Shown here: positions 1 to 9,724 of the stretch, piece after piece
How positions within the stretch are numbered: position 1 is the stretch's first letter
How the letters are laid out: each line of letters opens with the position of its first letter
Source: a virus
Lineage: Duplodnaviria > Caudoviricetes
DNA length: 29,873 nt
IMG/VR virus record: IMGVR_UViG_3300042294_000202
Location: 1-29,873 of that record
Reading direction: 5' to 3' (one strand)
Translations under genes and position numbers: made by a program
Notes under the pieces: generated by a model
What the model was told of the DNA's origin: nothing
The model's input: only the letters and a program-made list of their open reading frames with translations
Databases searched by the model: none

Positions 1-1
1 T

Positions 2-775
2 ATTTCCATAAACTGCCCTATCATAAGCGTCCTCAAGCGTTTCTGCTACGCCGCTCTGGAGGAGCTTAATCATCTCTGGCCGTGCTTCTTCGAAGTACTC
101 GGCCTTTTGGGCAAAGGAATCTATTTCGTTGCTTAATACGGCTTGCTCGGCGGCTTCCTGCTGCTGTTTCCAAGTCAGCACTTCGCCACGAACGCTGGCA
201 AGCTCGTTTTTGAGGTTAAAAATGGTCGGGTCTACAGCAGGCGCTTGGCCCTGCGGCATCCCTTGGAGGCTGACACCGTATTCGTTAGCCAACTGCATGA
301 AGTAGTTGTAACGGGTCTGAGGGTCAGCGGTGCGAAGGGTGTGATCGGCCTTCATCAACGACGCAATGGCCTGCTCGGGCTTAAGCCCAAGGCCGGTAAT
401 GGTCGAAATGTACGGGCTGATGGCTTCTTGGATGGAATCGGCAAACTGCTTGGCTTGCAGCAGCGGTTCCACGCCTCGGCGCATCTGTTCTTCGCGCTGG
501 TAGGCGTATTCTTGTAGGCGAGGGTCGGCTTTCTGCCAAACCTCGTGGTAATCCTTTTTCCACGACGCCGGAGGACGACGCCATACGGCTTCCTCGGCAG
601 GCTCGGGGACGGGTTCTTCGGCAACGGTCTTGGCAAATCGGCCAGATTCGTCGCGCCCGGATTCGCGGGGCGCTTCGGGCTGTGCCTCGGCTTCCTCAAA
701 CTGGCGGGCAAGCAGTTCTTTGCGGTCTACGGTTTCGTTGTCAACTGTGGGTTGATTATCAAGGTCGCTCATCAT
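2..775 (-). CDS. Putative capsid scaffolding protein, 3'-truncated at the window edge (not in the ORF track)
   Basis: Hand translation from ATG at 775 (or 772), which overlaps the upstream stop: MMSDLDNQPTVDNETVDRKELLARQFEEAEAQPEAPRESGRDESGRFAK...RPPASWKKDYHEVWQKADPRLQEYAYQREEQM...ETLEDAYDRAVYGN. It is open to the edge, acidic and helical, and lies downstream of the portal where scaffold genes precede the capsid gene. Confidence 0.75.
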   Translation of the reverse strand, partial: MMSDLDNQPTVDNETVDRKELLARQFEEAEAQPEAPRESGRDESGRFAKTVAEEPVPEPAEEAVWRRPPASWKKDYHEVWQKADPRLQEYAYQREEQMRRGVEPLLQAKQFADSIQEAISPYISTITGLGLKPEQAIASLMKADHTLRTADPQTRYNYFMQLANEYGVSLQGMPQGQAPAVDPTIFNLKNELASVRGEVLTWKQQQEAAEQAVLSNEIDSFAQKAEYFEEARPEMIKLLQSGVAETLEDAYDRAVYGN

Positions 776-1119
776 CCTCTCCTGTGGGGATTGGTAAAGT
801 TCGCGTGTTGGCGTAAATCGCGCAGGATGCGATCCGCTTGCTCATTGGTCAGTTGGGTGTTGACCATGTGCTTAATGCGTTCAAGGCGGGTATCCACGGA
901 CTTTTCGTGCCGGACATGCCGTGACGGGTCGTCGTTGCCAACCTCAATGCAGTTGTTGGCCTTAAGGTGGCGGCGGTGTTCTGAGCGAGAACTGACCATT
1001 TTGCCGTCAATCATGCTTTTGTACGGCACTATGTCGGGCATAACGTAGTGATAACGCCCCTTGGCGTCCTTTTTGCGCTCTACAAACTCGCCGTCAATAA
1101 AAACGTAGGTTCGTTTCAT
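772..1119 (-). CDS. Hypothetical phage protein (head gene cluster)
   Basis: 115 aa, start/stop-coupled to both neighbours. The segment MPDIVPYKSMIDGKMVSSRSEHRRHLKANNCIEVGND resembles small proteins I recall upstream of phage scaffold genes. Confidence 0.7.
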   Translation of the reverse strand: MKRTYVFIDGEFVERKKDAKGRYHYVMPDIVPYKSMIDGKMVSSRSEHRRHLKANNCIEVGNDDPSRHVRHEKSVDTRLERIKHMVNTQLTNEQADRILRDLRQHANFTNPHRRG

Positions 1120-1496
1120 AGGAGCAACAATACTTCCTCATCGTCCATTTCTTCAAGTTCTCTATAAAGCGCCTCTACCCGCGTCACATCGGCAAGCAAG
1201 GCGTCAAAATCAATGGCGTTGACCGGGGGAACGTCAAACGGGGCAGCAGCTTCCACAAACGGAGCCACTATCTCGGCCACCACACGGGGGCGACCCTCTA
1301 CAAGCTCCTCGTAAAGGGCGATTACCTCATTGCGTCGAACTTCGCGGCGCTTGGAATCCTCGTCATAGCGCGGTTGCTTGCGTTTGTTCTTGCCGCCATC
1401 GTGTCCGTCAACAATGACAACAGGCGGCGGGGGCGGCGGTACGGCGACCTCCGTTACCGCAAAGGGCAATACGCAAAATGGCGCAATTGCAAACAT
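1116..1496 (-). CDS. Hypothetical virion-associated protein with a Pro linker and acidic C-terminus
   Basis: 126 aa, coupled to its neighbours. Hydrophobic N-terminus [13 protein letters not shown], then PPPPPP, ending EEMDDEEVLLLL. Confidence 0.7.
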   Translation of the reverse strand: MFAIAPFCVLPFAVTEVAVPPPPPPVVIVDGHDGGKNKRKQPRYDEDSKRREVRRNEVIALYEELVEGRPRVVAEIVAPFVEAAAPFDVPPVNAIDFDALLADVTRVEALYRELEEMDDEEVLLLL

Positions 1497-1657
1497 TAGG
1501 CAGCGTCATCCGGTGGCAGCGGTTCGTTGCCTTTTGCCAACCACTCTTGAAACTCTGGGTATTGATCCGTGCAAGTCAGGCGGCACAAACCGTCGTCATC
1601 AATGCGAGCGTAAATCTGTGGCTCGCCATCGCGCTTTGGCAGCATTTTGTACGTCAT
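1496..1657 (-). CDS. Small fibre-associated protein (assembly/chaperone-like)
   Basis: Likely start is ATG at 1657 (ATGA overlap with the fibre stop), giving 53 aa. It ends [16 protein letters not shown], a motif typical of small genes following phage fibre genes. Confidence 0.7.
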   Translation of the reverse strand: MTYKMLPKRDGEPQIYARIDDDGLCRLTCTDQYPEFQEWLAKGNEPLPPDDAA

Positions 1658-4206
1658 AATTCTGCGTTCCAGCCAAGATATATGTTTGTTCCATTTGAAC
1701 GCCACAGCACAGGATTCAAATTATCAAGACCCGATGCAGACGTTCCCGTTGCTATGCCCTGCAAATTTGTTGTTGCTGAATTTATTGTTGGAACAGAATT
1801 TAACGTGACATTCACGTTTTCGAAAACTTGATAATTTGATGCAGTTCCCGTTTGATCTAGCGACGCTGGAGCCGCTCGCATAGGCACAGGGAACGGAGCC
1901 ATTAACAAAAAAGTATTTCCGGTGTACACAAAGCCGAGGCCAAACGATTGCCCGCTGTTCGCGTATTGCCTGAAGTAATACCGCTGACACAGCATTAATT
2001 CCGTGCCATACGGTCTACGCTCAAACGGAGTGGCGACGGAGCCAGTTTCTATTTGGACGCCGGTGATGTAGAAGGTTGCGCCGTTTGTTCCGACAACGGA
2101 TGTTGCGCCAGTTGCCGTAACATAATTTGCTCCAGCCCATGCGCCAGCAGTTCCGCTAAACGTTGCTCCAACCCCAAGACCTAAAGATAAAAGCAAGCCT
2201 GCGCTTGTATCTGTAGGCCAAGTTCCTGTTGTGTCGCCAGCAATAGTTATTGTTTTCTTTTCCCATGTGTTTGCGGAAGAAATTGTATATGTGAAAGGAT
2301 AAGACCTTGTTGACGAGTTTTTTAAACTGCCGCCAAATGTTCCGGTTAAAGAACTTCTTACCCAAAAAGAAATAGTAACGGTCAATGCGTTTGCAGTTCC
2401 AAACCCTAAATCAGCGACGTTCAATCCTTCGATCTGCTGGTAAATTGCAAAATAATCGCCAGCAGCAACAGAAAAAGCAGACAACGACGTTACGCCAAGG
2501 TAATTATTAAACCCTGTAGGGGGTGTTACTGAACCGGCATTTTGTTGTACAGAAAATTTTGAACTTTGGGAAATAATTGCTTGCCATCTATCAAGCGTAT
2601 AACTTGATGACGTTGGAGTTACCGATGCCCCAGCATTGCGCTGGTCGATCCGCATATCGCCGTTGATGATGCGGTTACGGAAGAACAAGCCGTTGCTGTT
2701 AAACGCAGCAGCGACCGTGCCACCCGCCGTTACCGCAACCTGATCCGCTGCGGGGAAATACACGCCTGTGTTGGTGTCGCCTGTCGTCGTAATTGGCGGT
2801 GCGCTTGACGTTCCTGCCGCCAGCACCGCTACGCCTACGTTTGCAGACGAAATTGACGCTCCCGTTGCGGTTAACGTCGTGACTACAGCCGTGCCGAGGT
2901 TAGCAGATGCTGCCGATACGTTTGTAGCGGTTAGGTTAGTCACCGTGCCTGTGGTGATTAACGCTACAGCGCTGTTAATCGACGAAACAGATGCGCCAGA
3001 GGCTGTCAGCGCTGTAAATGCGCCGGTGTTAGGCGTGGATGCGCCAATGGTCGTGCCGTTGATACTGCCGCCTGTAATAGCGACGTTGTTGGCGTTCTGC
3101 GTGGACATCGTGCCGAGGCCAGAAATGTCCGTGTTTGGGATAGACGCCACAGCCGTGAAGGCAGACGTACCCGAGGCTTTAACGTAACCCGTTAAGCTCG
3201 TAGCTCCCGTGCCGCCGTTAGCAACTGCAACCGTACCTGTGACGTTGGCAGCGTTGCCCGAGACGTTGCCCGTAACATCGCCGGTCAAGTTGCCGTAGAA
3301 ACCCGACGCAGCCGACACGGTCGTGAACGCACCCGTGCTAGGTGTCGACAATCCGACAGTTGTGCCGTTGATTGACCCGCCCGTAATGGCAACGCTATTG
3401 GCGTTCTGGGTCGCCATCGTACCAAGACCCGACACATCGCCTGCCGGAATCTGGGCAACAGCCGTGAATGCCGCCGTGCCAGAGGCTTTGACGTAGCCGG
3501 TGAGCGTAGCAACGCCAGTACCGCCGTTCTGGACGCTAACGACGCCCGTTAGGCTGATATCAGGCGTATTGCCGCCAGATGAGGCAAGCGGAGCGGTGGC
3601 CGTCACAGCCGTAACCGTGCCGACCTCTGGAGCGTTGATCGTAATCGTGCCAGCGCCGTTCGTGATGCTGACGCCTGTGCCTGCGGTCAGCGTGGCAAGC
3701 GTGTAGCCCGTGCCGTTACCGATCAACAGTTGGCCGTTAGCGGGGGCAGAAGTAACCGCTGTACCGCCATTGGCGATGGGCAACGTACCCGTCACGCCCG
3801 TTGTGAGCGGCAATCCCGTGGCGTTGGTTAGAACACCCGCAGTCGGGGTGCCGAGATTGGCAGCCGATAGCGTCTTGTTGGACAGCGTTTGTGCGGTATC
3901 CAACGTAACGGCTTTTTCGGCAGGATACGCAACAAATACGTCCTTGCTGCCCAATGCAAAAGCGACCTTATTACCGCTATCGCTAGATGCCAATACCGTG
4001 TCACGGGTCAACGTGCCGGCGTTGTAAGTGCCAATGCCGACTTCCCACTCGCCTGTGGCGTTATCCACAGCCGTGTAGTACGTCTCGTTTCCATCGCCAA
4101 TAACGCTAAACGGCACAAACCCTGTGGATGTGCCGCCTAACGTGAAAGTGCCTGTGCCAACGGTTGTCGTCGTCTCTTTGACGCGATCTTGCAGCACCAA
4201 TGCCAT
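1654..4206 (-). CDS. Long fibre / receptor-binding protein
   Basis: 850 aa, rich in Gly/Thr/Ala/Ser. It has a [16 protein letters not shown]-terminus, [10 protein letters not shown]-type repeats and a C-terminal globular domain starting [16 protein letters not shown]. Confidence 0.8.
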   Translation of the reverse strand: MALVLQDRVKETTTTVGTGTFTLGGTSTGFVPFSVIGDGNETYYTAVDNATGEWEVGIGTYNAGTLTRDTVLASSDSGNKVAFALGSKDVFVAYPAEKAVTLDTAQTLSNKTLSAANLGTPTAGVLTNATGLPLTTGVTGTLPIANGGTAVTSAPANGQLLIGNGTGYTLATLTAGTGVSITNGAGTITINAPEVGTVTAVTATAPLASSGGNTPDISLTGVVSVQNGGTGVATLTGYVKASGTAAFTAVAQIPAGDVSGLGTMATQNANSVAITGGSINGTTVGLSTPSTGAFTTVSAASGFYGNLTGDVTGNVSGNAANVTGTVAVANGGTGATSLTGYVKASGTSAFTAVASIPNTDISGLGTMSTQNANNVAITGGSINGTTIGASTPNTGAFTALTASGASVSSINSAVALITTGTVTNLTATNVSAASANLGTAVVTTLTATGASISSANVGVAVLAAGTSSAPPITTTGDTNTGVYFPAADQVAVTAGGTVAAAFNSNGLFFRNRIINGDMRIDQRNAGASVTPTSSSYTLDRWQAIISQSSKFSVQQNAGSVTPPTGFNNYLGVTSLSAFSVAAGDYFAIYQQIEGLNVADLGFGTANALTVTISFWVRSSLTGTFGGSLKNSSTRSYPFTYTISSANTWEKKTITIAGDTTGTWPTDTSAGLLLSLGLGVGATFSGTAGAWAGANYVTATGATSVVGTNGATFYITGVQIETGSVATPFERRPYGTELMLCQRYYFRQYANSGQSFGLGFVYTGNTFLLMAPFPVPMRAAPASLDQTGTASNYQVFENVNVTLNSVPTINSATTNLQGIATGTSASGLDNLNPVLWRSNGTNIYLGWNAEL
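3013..3546 (-). repeat. Diverged internal duplication of 75 codons in the fibre gene (3322-3546 and 3013-3237)
   Basis: ...[48 protein letters not shown]... versus ...[48 protein letters not shown]..., offset by 103 aa. Confidence 0.9.
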
Positions 4207-4209
4207 GCT

Positions 4210-6399
4210 TTACTGCCTCGTCATCGGCGGTTGAGCGACCGGCATAGCCGGTGCGATTTCGACTCCTGCTGCGCGGCCATCGGGGCCACGAACAATGCGC
4301 TTCGGAGCGGCAAGTTGGGCGAGAGCCGCACGGATACCGGCCATGTTCTGCGCCTGCGTGTCCATGAGGTTCTGATATAGCCCGACAAGTTGCTGCATTG
4401 TCGCTTGCACCGACGTACCCACATCCTGCGCCACGCGCTCAGTAACGGCTTGTTGCTGCTCCAGCATCGGCACATCCATGCCGGGGTTGGCCGAGATACG
4501 AGCCACCATGATTTTCGTAGCGGCGTCGAGTTCGGCCTTGAAGCGCTCCAGCTGTTCCTTCTGTTGGAGTTCCTGCGCCTTGAGTTGCAATTCCAACTGC
4601 GCCTTCTGCTGTTCCATCTGCATCTCGGCCTGTGCGCGTTGCTGCTCGGCTTGCATCTGGGCGCTGGCAGCCTCGGCCTCTGGGTTCGGCTTCGGTTGCT
4701 CGGCGGCTTGCTTCAGCTGCTCCATCGCAACGTCAATCTGACCCTCAATCGGGCGAGATGCCTTAAACGCCTGCGTACCGAACTTCATCAATTCCATCAT
4801 GACAGGAACAAGTTGCGGCGAAGCTTGGCCGACCGGCAGCGCTTGTTGCAGGAACCCACCGAAGGCTTGGATAAACTGCAAGCGGTCTTGCTTCATCTGG
4901 TTCTCGTCGATCTGGACGAGGCTATCGGCAGCAATTTCCACGCGGAAGTTGCGAAGCGGGCGATCCTGCATCAACTGGAGGGCTTGCGGAATCATCTGCT
5001 GATCCACTTCGGCCATCTGTTGTGCGGCGGCATACGAAAGGATGGTCTGCGGCTGGAACTTAGCGCACATGACTTGCGCTTTTAGCCGGATCAACTCTGA
5101 CGCAAAGAGGGCTACGTCCTCTTGCATCGAACGCAGTCTTAATCCCGCGTACTGTCCTTTGATTTGCTGTGCCGTCGCCGTCTCAGATGCGGCGCTCTGA
5201 CCACGGATAATGTCCGAGATGCCGGTGATTTCGTAGATTTGGCCTTTGATGTCTGCTCGGGCTTGGTAGCAGTTGAGCAGGGTTTGGGCGATTTGATCCA
5301 ACGGAAGGAGGTCAATAGAGCCTTTAAGTCCTCCCTTTTCGCTGAAAGCCATCCACTTATCAACTGGAATGAGAGCATTGTTGTCACCTTCAGTTAAGAG
5401 GCGCTGCAAAGCCGGTTGGCTTGCGTCGTATACGCCACGAACTCGCAACGCCTTAACCAAGCCGTCGATGCGGTCAGACAGGATGTCCAACTCCATCGCT
5501 TGATCTTGGTACAGGATGAAATCGGCAACAGGAACCAGCGTGTCACTTGTTGTCGTGGAATACAACGGTTTCGGGCAAGGGAAAAATCCTTCCAAGCCAA
5601 GCGGATCATCACGAACGTCGATAATCTGCGGCATACCCTTACAGAGCCAATAAACCTTGAGCGTTTCCTTGTCCCAAAGTTCACAAATCTTTGCACGGTT
5701 GTACGAACGCTTGGACTCGTTATAAGCGTTGAGAGGCTCTGGGCCTTGGTCAAGCGGAATCTTCCGCGCTATTTCCTCGCCAAAACGCTCTACAAGAGCC
5801 TCTTTGCTCATGTAGACCCAACGCCATACCTGACTCACTTCTTCCCATGTGCGGGCTTGTGAGTGGCCGAAATCGCGCCAATGGACGTAATCGACCGGAG
5901 CGCGTTCGTATTCGATTTCCTCGGGGACTTCGGCAAGCTCGCCTGCCTCTACGTCCTCGGTCACTTGCAGGCCGTCGTCCTCAATGCCTTGCGGGCGAAC
6001 GTGCGGCTCGTAACGCACCCATGCCGTGCCACGCCCACCAAGGAACCGATCCTCAACGGCGTACTTCATGGTTGAGCGAAAGTCGGGGTAATGCTCAATC
6101 TCAAAGTCAATGGCTCGCTCAAGGATTTGCGAAGCCACGCGGCCTACTTGGTCGTTGTCACCAAAGCGGCGGGTGATGTCAGCCTTAGGGAGTTTGGCGT
6201 AAACAGCCGGGATCAACGTCTGGACGTTTGACCACAGGATGTTGAACTTGGCCGTCTCGTTGCCCGTCTGGCCTCGGGTGTCGTCCCGATAGCGCTTGAT
6301 GATCTTCTTAGTGCGAGCCGTCCACTTGGCGAACTCGTTGTCATAAGCGCCAATAACGCGGAGGTACTTATCGACCTCTGGGCTAACGAGGTTTTCCAT
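4210..6399 (-). CDS. Portal protein with a C-terminal coiled-coil barrel
   Basis: 729 aa, downstream of terL. It contains IYEITGISDIIRGQS...ETATAQQIK and a long Q/E/A-rich helical tail, as in P22-type portals. Confidence 0.85.
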   Translation of the reverse strand: MENLVSPEVDKYLRVIGAYDNEFAKWTARTKKIIKRYRDDTRGQTGNETAKFNILWSNVQTLIPAVYAKLPKADITRRFGDNDQVGRVASQILERAIDFEIEHYPDFRSTMKYAVEDRFLGGRGTAWVRYEPHVRPQGIEDDGLQVTEDVEAGELAEVPEEIEYERAPVDYVHWRDFGHSQARTWEEVSQVWRWVYMSKEALVERFGEEIARKIPLDQGPEPLNAYNESKRSYNRAKICELWDKETLKVYWLCKGMPQIIDVRDDPLGLEGFFPCPKPLYSTTTSDTLVPVADFILYQDQAMELDILSDRIDGLVKALRVRGVYDASQPALQRLLTEGDNNALIPVDKWMAFSEKGGLKGSIDLLPLDQIAQTLLNCYQARADIKGQIYEITGISDIIRGQSAASETATAQQIKGQYAGLRLRSMQEDVALFASELIRLKAQVMCAKFQPQTILSYAAAQQMAEVDQQMIPQALQLMQDRPLRNFRVEIAADSLVQIDENQMKQDRLQFIQAFGGFLQQALPVGQASPQLVPVMMELMKFGTQAFKASRPIEGQIDVAMEQLKQAAEQPKPNPEAEAASAQMQAEQQRAQAEMQMEQQKAQLELQLKAQELQQKEQLERFKAELDAATKIMVARISANPGMDVPMLEQQQAVTERVAQDVGTSVQATMQQLVGLYQNLMDTQAQNMAGIRAALAQLAAPKRIVRGPDGRAAGVEIAPAMPVAQPPMTRQ

Positions 6400-6695
6400 T
6401 AGTCTTTACCTTTGTTCCTGCTGCTAATGGCCTTCGCCTTGGCGCGGGCTTCTTCCTTGCTGCTCGCTCCCCATGCACGGAGGGCAAGCGCAAGGCGTGT
6501 CGGCTCCCCATTCTTTTCCATTGGGCCAGCCATGTTGCCCATGCGGGCTAGAAACGATGCGCGGCGCGGATTATCGCCTGCTTTGACCGGCGGCTTGAGG
6601 GTGCCACCCGTTTCGGCCTTGTAACTGGCGCGACCCTTGGCGTTTAAACCACCCTTCGGGTTCTTGCCTTCTTCCCGTTGCCATGCCGCGCTCAT
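6399..6695 (-). CDS. Small basic phage protein (DUF6321-like)
   Basis: 98 aa with motifs EGKNPKGGLNAKGRASY and RRASFLARM...RLALALRAWG, which I recall from environmental phages. Confidence 0.7.
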   Translation of the reverse strand: MSAAWQREEGKNPKGGLNAKGRASYKAETGGTLKPPVKAGDNPRRASFLARMGNMAGPMEKNGEPTRLALALRAWGASSKEEARAKAKAISSRNKGKD

Positions 6696-6859
6696 GCGTA
6701 ACCTTTCTTTTCTGGTTTAGCGGTTTTGGCCGCCTGCTTGAAGTCGGCAGCTGACGGTGCGCCTTGCTCGCCGGGCTGACGCATACGCTCGCCCGAACCG
6801 GCGGCTATGCGCTCACGTTTGGCAAGGATGTTTGCGTAAAGACCGGCTTTGCGGCTCAT
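6692..6859 (-). CDS. Small basic phage protein, 55 aa (not in the ORF track)
   Basis: MSRKAGLYANILAKRERIAAGSGERMRQPGEQGAPSAADFKQAAKTAKPEKKGYA. ATGA overlaps at both ends fill the gap exactly. Confidence 0.85.
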   Translation of the reverse strand: MSRKAGLYANILAKRERIAAGSGERMRQPGEQGAPSAADFKQAAKTAKPEKKGYA

Positions 6860-7122
6860 GGCGTCCAGAACACCGTGCAGTCAACCGTGCCGCCAATCGT
6901 CACGACAAGGCTCGTATTGACGCGGGCCGGGATCGTGTAGAACGTGCCACCCGCCGGGGTGAACGTATTGACGACCGTATCGGTGCCATCGGTGACCTTG
7001 ATGGTTGGGGTGCTGGAAGCAGAAGCCACGAAAATACCGAACATTCCGCACGGCCCCGTGAATACGGTTCCTGTCGCGGTCAGGTTCTTGTAGTTTTGGG
7101 ACTGTGTAACCGACAAACTCAT
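6856..7122 (-). CDS. Hypothetical beta-rich protein, possibly structural
   Basis: 88 aa, rich in Thr/Val/Gly, with an ATGA overlap on the terL stop. Confidence 0.7.
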   Translation of the reverse strand: MSLSVTQSQNYKNLTATGTVFTGPCGMFGIFVASASSTPTIKVTDGTDTVVNTFTPAGGTFYTIPARVNTSLVVTIGGTVDCTVFWTP

Positions 7123-8456
7123 ATCCGTATCCTCTTGCTCGTAGTGCGGTCATGCACAGCCCACATATCGTTGAGTGTGACTGTGTTTTCAGGTCCGACT
7201 ATAAGCGGCTTCGGCTCCGCTGTAGCCGGGGACTTGTCAGATTGCTCCTGCCATGATACCGCAAGCATACGGAATGCGTCACTAGGGTGGCTTGTCCAAT
7301 CATGGCGCGGGGACTGCCTAAACGCCTTTTTGTCCTCGTCGTATTCACGCTGGTACTGGCGCAGCGCCTCAATGCCGTCGTGGCATTTCTCGGCGTCAAA
7401 GTACACACGCGGCAGCAGCATACGCACAGCTTGGATGCCCGACTGCAAGCCAATGTCGGGGACAACCCCCAGCTTCTTGATGTCAAGGTAAGCGGCTAAC
7501 TGCTCCAACACGCTGCGGCCCGTCTGCAAGCTCTTGGCGCGGGCGTCATGCGGTAGGTAGTGCTTGGCGTACTCGTAGGGCTTACGGGTGACGACCTCAG
7601 CAATGTAATGGATGTCAGCGCCCGAGACGGCAAAGAAGTCGATGACGCGCACCTCGCCGCGCAGCACTTGGTAGAACCAGATGGCGGTGTCGTCGCGGTA
7701 ACCCAAGTCCCATGCCGTATAAACGGGTAGGTTGGGATCGTAAGGAAGGCTTCGCATACGGCCTTGGTCTTGCGCTTGGCGCATCTCCGTGCCGTAAAAA
7801 GCTCCGAGGATGGCAGCCTCAAAACTGCACTCGTACTCCTGCAAGTACTGATCCTCGGACAATTGCGCTTTAGCGGCGTGTAACTCAGACGCCGGGAGAA
7901 GCCCGCTGGTACTAGCGGGTAAGCGCAGCAGGAACCACTCGCTAGGGATTCGAGTGGCTGTATCAAACACTTCCCAGAACTGATTGCGTCCCTTTGGCGT
8001 ACCCGCCATGACGCACCAACCGTTTTTATCACTCAAAGCTGGGCGAATGATGTTGCCGAATACAGACGGCTTAAAATCACCGTACTCATCCAGATATATG
8101 CCCGAGAAGCCCAAGCCGCGGATTTGACCATCTGCGTTGTCAGCGCCGAACAACCCGATCTTGACGCCGTTGACCAGCGTCAGAGTCATTTGCACTTCGT
8201 TGGCTTCTTTCAGTACCGGCTGGGCGTAATACTTAAAATAATCCCATGCGATGCGCCTAGCTTGGTTGGCGAATGGGGCGACGTACCCGAAGAGGCCATT
8301 TGGCCCCTTGTACATGATGGCCGCTCGGATGATGTCGTTAACGGCTGCGACCGTCTTACCTGCACGGCGGTGCGCCACGATGCAGGCCCATCGCTTCGTG
8401 CGGTTGTGGAACGGCATAAACGCCTTACGGGGTTGGTAAGGCATTTCGATTTCCAC
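7119..8456 (-). CDS. terL: Terminase large subunit
   Basis: Walker A HRRAGKT, Walker B IYLDE, coupling motif GTP, RNase H-like nuclease domain AWDLGYRDDTA...HDWTSHPSDAFR. Confidence 0.95.
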   Translation of the reverse strand: MEIEMPYQPRKAFMPFHNRTKRWACIVAHRRAGKTVAAVNDIIRAAIMYKGPNGLFGYVAPFANQARRIAWDYFKYYAQPVLKEANEVQMTLTLVNGVKIGLFGADNADGQIRGLGFSGIYLDEYGDFKPSVFGNIIRPALSDKNGWCVMAGTPKGRNQFWEVFDTATRIPSEWFLLRLPASTSGLLPASELHAAKAQLSEDQYLQEYECSFEAAILGAFYGTEMRQAQDQGRMRSLPYDPNLPVYTAWDLGYRDDTAIWFYQVLRGEVRVIDFFAVSGADIHYIAEVVTRKPYEYAKHYLPHDARAKSLQTGRSVLEQLAAYLDIKKLGVVPDIGLQSGIQAVRMLLPRVYFDAEKCHDGIEALRQYQREYDEDKKAFRQSPRHDWTSHPSDAFRMLAVSWQEQSDKSPATAEPKPLIVGPENTVTLNDMWAVHDRTTSKRIRI

Positions 8457-8695
8457 TAGGTCGGCTCCTTCCAGCGGATAACCAGTTCCTGTGGGCCGCC
8501 TTCGTCTCCCGTCACTTCGGTGCGGGCAAGGTCGGGCAGGGTCTTGCGAAGGACAATCTCGGCTGCTTTGAGTGCTGCCGGGGTCATTTCAATCTCACCA
8601 AGGGCGGCTTGCTCTAGCCTAGACAGGATCACTCCTGACTTGATGCGTTCTCGCCACTCGTTGGATAGACGGGGTGTGTTTTTCCGTGCGGCCAT
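8456..8695 (-). CDS. terS: Terminase small subunit (putative)
   Basis: 79 aa immediately upstream of terL. Its C-terminus KTLPDLARTEVTGDEGGPQELVIRW is typical of TerS tails. Confidence 0.7.
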   Translation of the reverse strand: MAARKNTPRLSNEWRERIKSGVILSRLEQAALGEIEMTPAALKAAEIVLRKTLPDLARTEVTGDEGGPQELVIRWKEPT

Positions 8696-8733
8696 GACTT
8701 TGATTGTAAACGACTATTGGCGCATACCTGCAA
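8696..8733 (-). promoter_or_regulatory. Candidate promoter for a leaderless terS transcript
   Basis: TACAAT (8708-8703) ends 7 nt before the ATG, and there is no SD. The -35 is poor (TTGCAG at 19 nt spacing). Confidence 0.4.
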
Positions 8734-8736
8734 CAA

Positions 8737-9723
8737 TCATTCGCGCTTCAGTATCTTGACTTTCTTTTCCTCGCCGGGGAACACGACGAAGTTACGGGTA
8801 CCGCTGCCGCCTTGGCCTCGGCTGCCTGCGTCTGCGTATTTCATGCCGACAATGCCTAATTGGCGTAACTTTTCAGAACGTCCTGCCGGTGTTTTCCCAC
8901 CCCACACCCAATTTGAGTATGCGTTCCCGCCCGTAATTCCCTTTTCTACGTTTGCATCAAAGTCTTTGACCACATCAGCGGGAATGGTGCTTCTAATGGC
9001 TTGATATGCAGCAGGCTGGTCTTTCAGCGGCTTATCGTAATCCAGCATCCGATCTACCATTTCGTCGGGTAGGTCGGCGGTGTAAAGCGCACCCGTCTGC
9101 GGTGCAGCGCCCTTTTTCATTTGTTGCAGATAATTTAGCGCGTCTTGCGTCTCTTGAAACGCGCCTTGCCGCAAATACGGCGAATCTTTATGAGCAGTCA
9201 TTGTTGCAACTTCTTTTTTCATTGCAGCAATGGCTTTATTTACGTTCCCGTCAGATGCTTGCAATGTCATCGTTGCTTTACGCGCTGAGGGACTTTGCGC
9301 CGATTGGTAGGTTTTAGCTACATCGGGGCTTTCGGCAAGGTAAATGCCATGCCCATAAGCCTGTGCGCCCTCACCCGTGCCGATCTTGCTGGCGTCGAAT
9401 TCCTCAAAGCGGTGCGGGCTGCCGTGGTAAACGTCAATCTGACGCATCGCCGGGTCAAAGCCCTTTAATGCGCCAATTAAACGATTTACCGGGATCGCGG
9501 AAGCAGCGGCCATTGCCATGCCTGCCTTGTCATCGGCTCGGCGGGCGCGCTCGAAATCACGGGCAGCAAGGGCTTGGCCTACGCCGGGAATAAAACTACC
9601 GCCCATCTCCAACGCCATATCCACGGCGTCAGACTCTTTCGGCTGATCTAAACTGGCAAACCGCTTGGCCTTCTCATCCATGTACGCCAAGACAGCCGCT
9701 AGACGGTCACGGTTGGCGGCCAT
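8737..9723 (-). CDS. ADP-ribosyltransferase-fold protein (ART-PolyVal-like) with an N-terminal low-complexity leader
   Basis: VYHGSPHRFEEFDASKIGTGEGAQAYGHGIYLAESPDVA ... LGIVGMKYAD ... RNFVVF. The H-G-S, G-x-Y and terminal xVF strand pattern matches ART-like domains of phage polyvalent proteins. Confidence 0.65.
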   Translation of the reverse strand: MAANRDRLAAVLAYMDEKAKRFASLDQPKESDAVDMALEMGGSFIPGVGQALAARDFERARRADDKAGMAMAAASAIPVNRLIGALKGFDPAMRQIDVYHGSPHRFEEFDASKIGTGEGAQAYGHGIYLAESPDVAKTYQSAQSPSARKATMTLQASDGNVNKAIAAMKKEVATMTAHKDSPYLRQGAFQETQDALNYLQQMKKGAAPQTGALYTADLPDEMVDRMLDYDKPLKDQPAAYQAIRSTIPADVVKDFDANVEKGITGGNAYSNWVWGGKTPAGRSEKLRQLGIVGMKYADAGSRGQGGSGTRNFVVFPGEEKKVKILKRE

Positions 9724-9724
9724 G

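Noticed and set aside
143-1048. Track ORFs 143-517(+), 355-711(-), 381-584(-) and 545-1048(+)
   Set aside because: They are shadows or off-frame readings of the scaffold-like gene (775 to the left edge), which the track omits because it has no stop in the window, and of the 772-1119 gene.
1654-4206. Diversity-generating retroelement or invertible fibre tip
   Set aside because: No reverse transcriptase, invertase or adenine-specific template/variable repeat pair seen. The fibre repeats are ordinary diverged coding duplications.
2768-6176. Many plus-strand ORFs opposite the fibre and portal genes
   Set aside because: Antisense shadows of GC-rich coding sequence, with no motifs or SD support.
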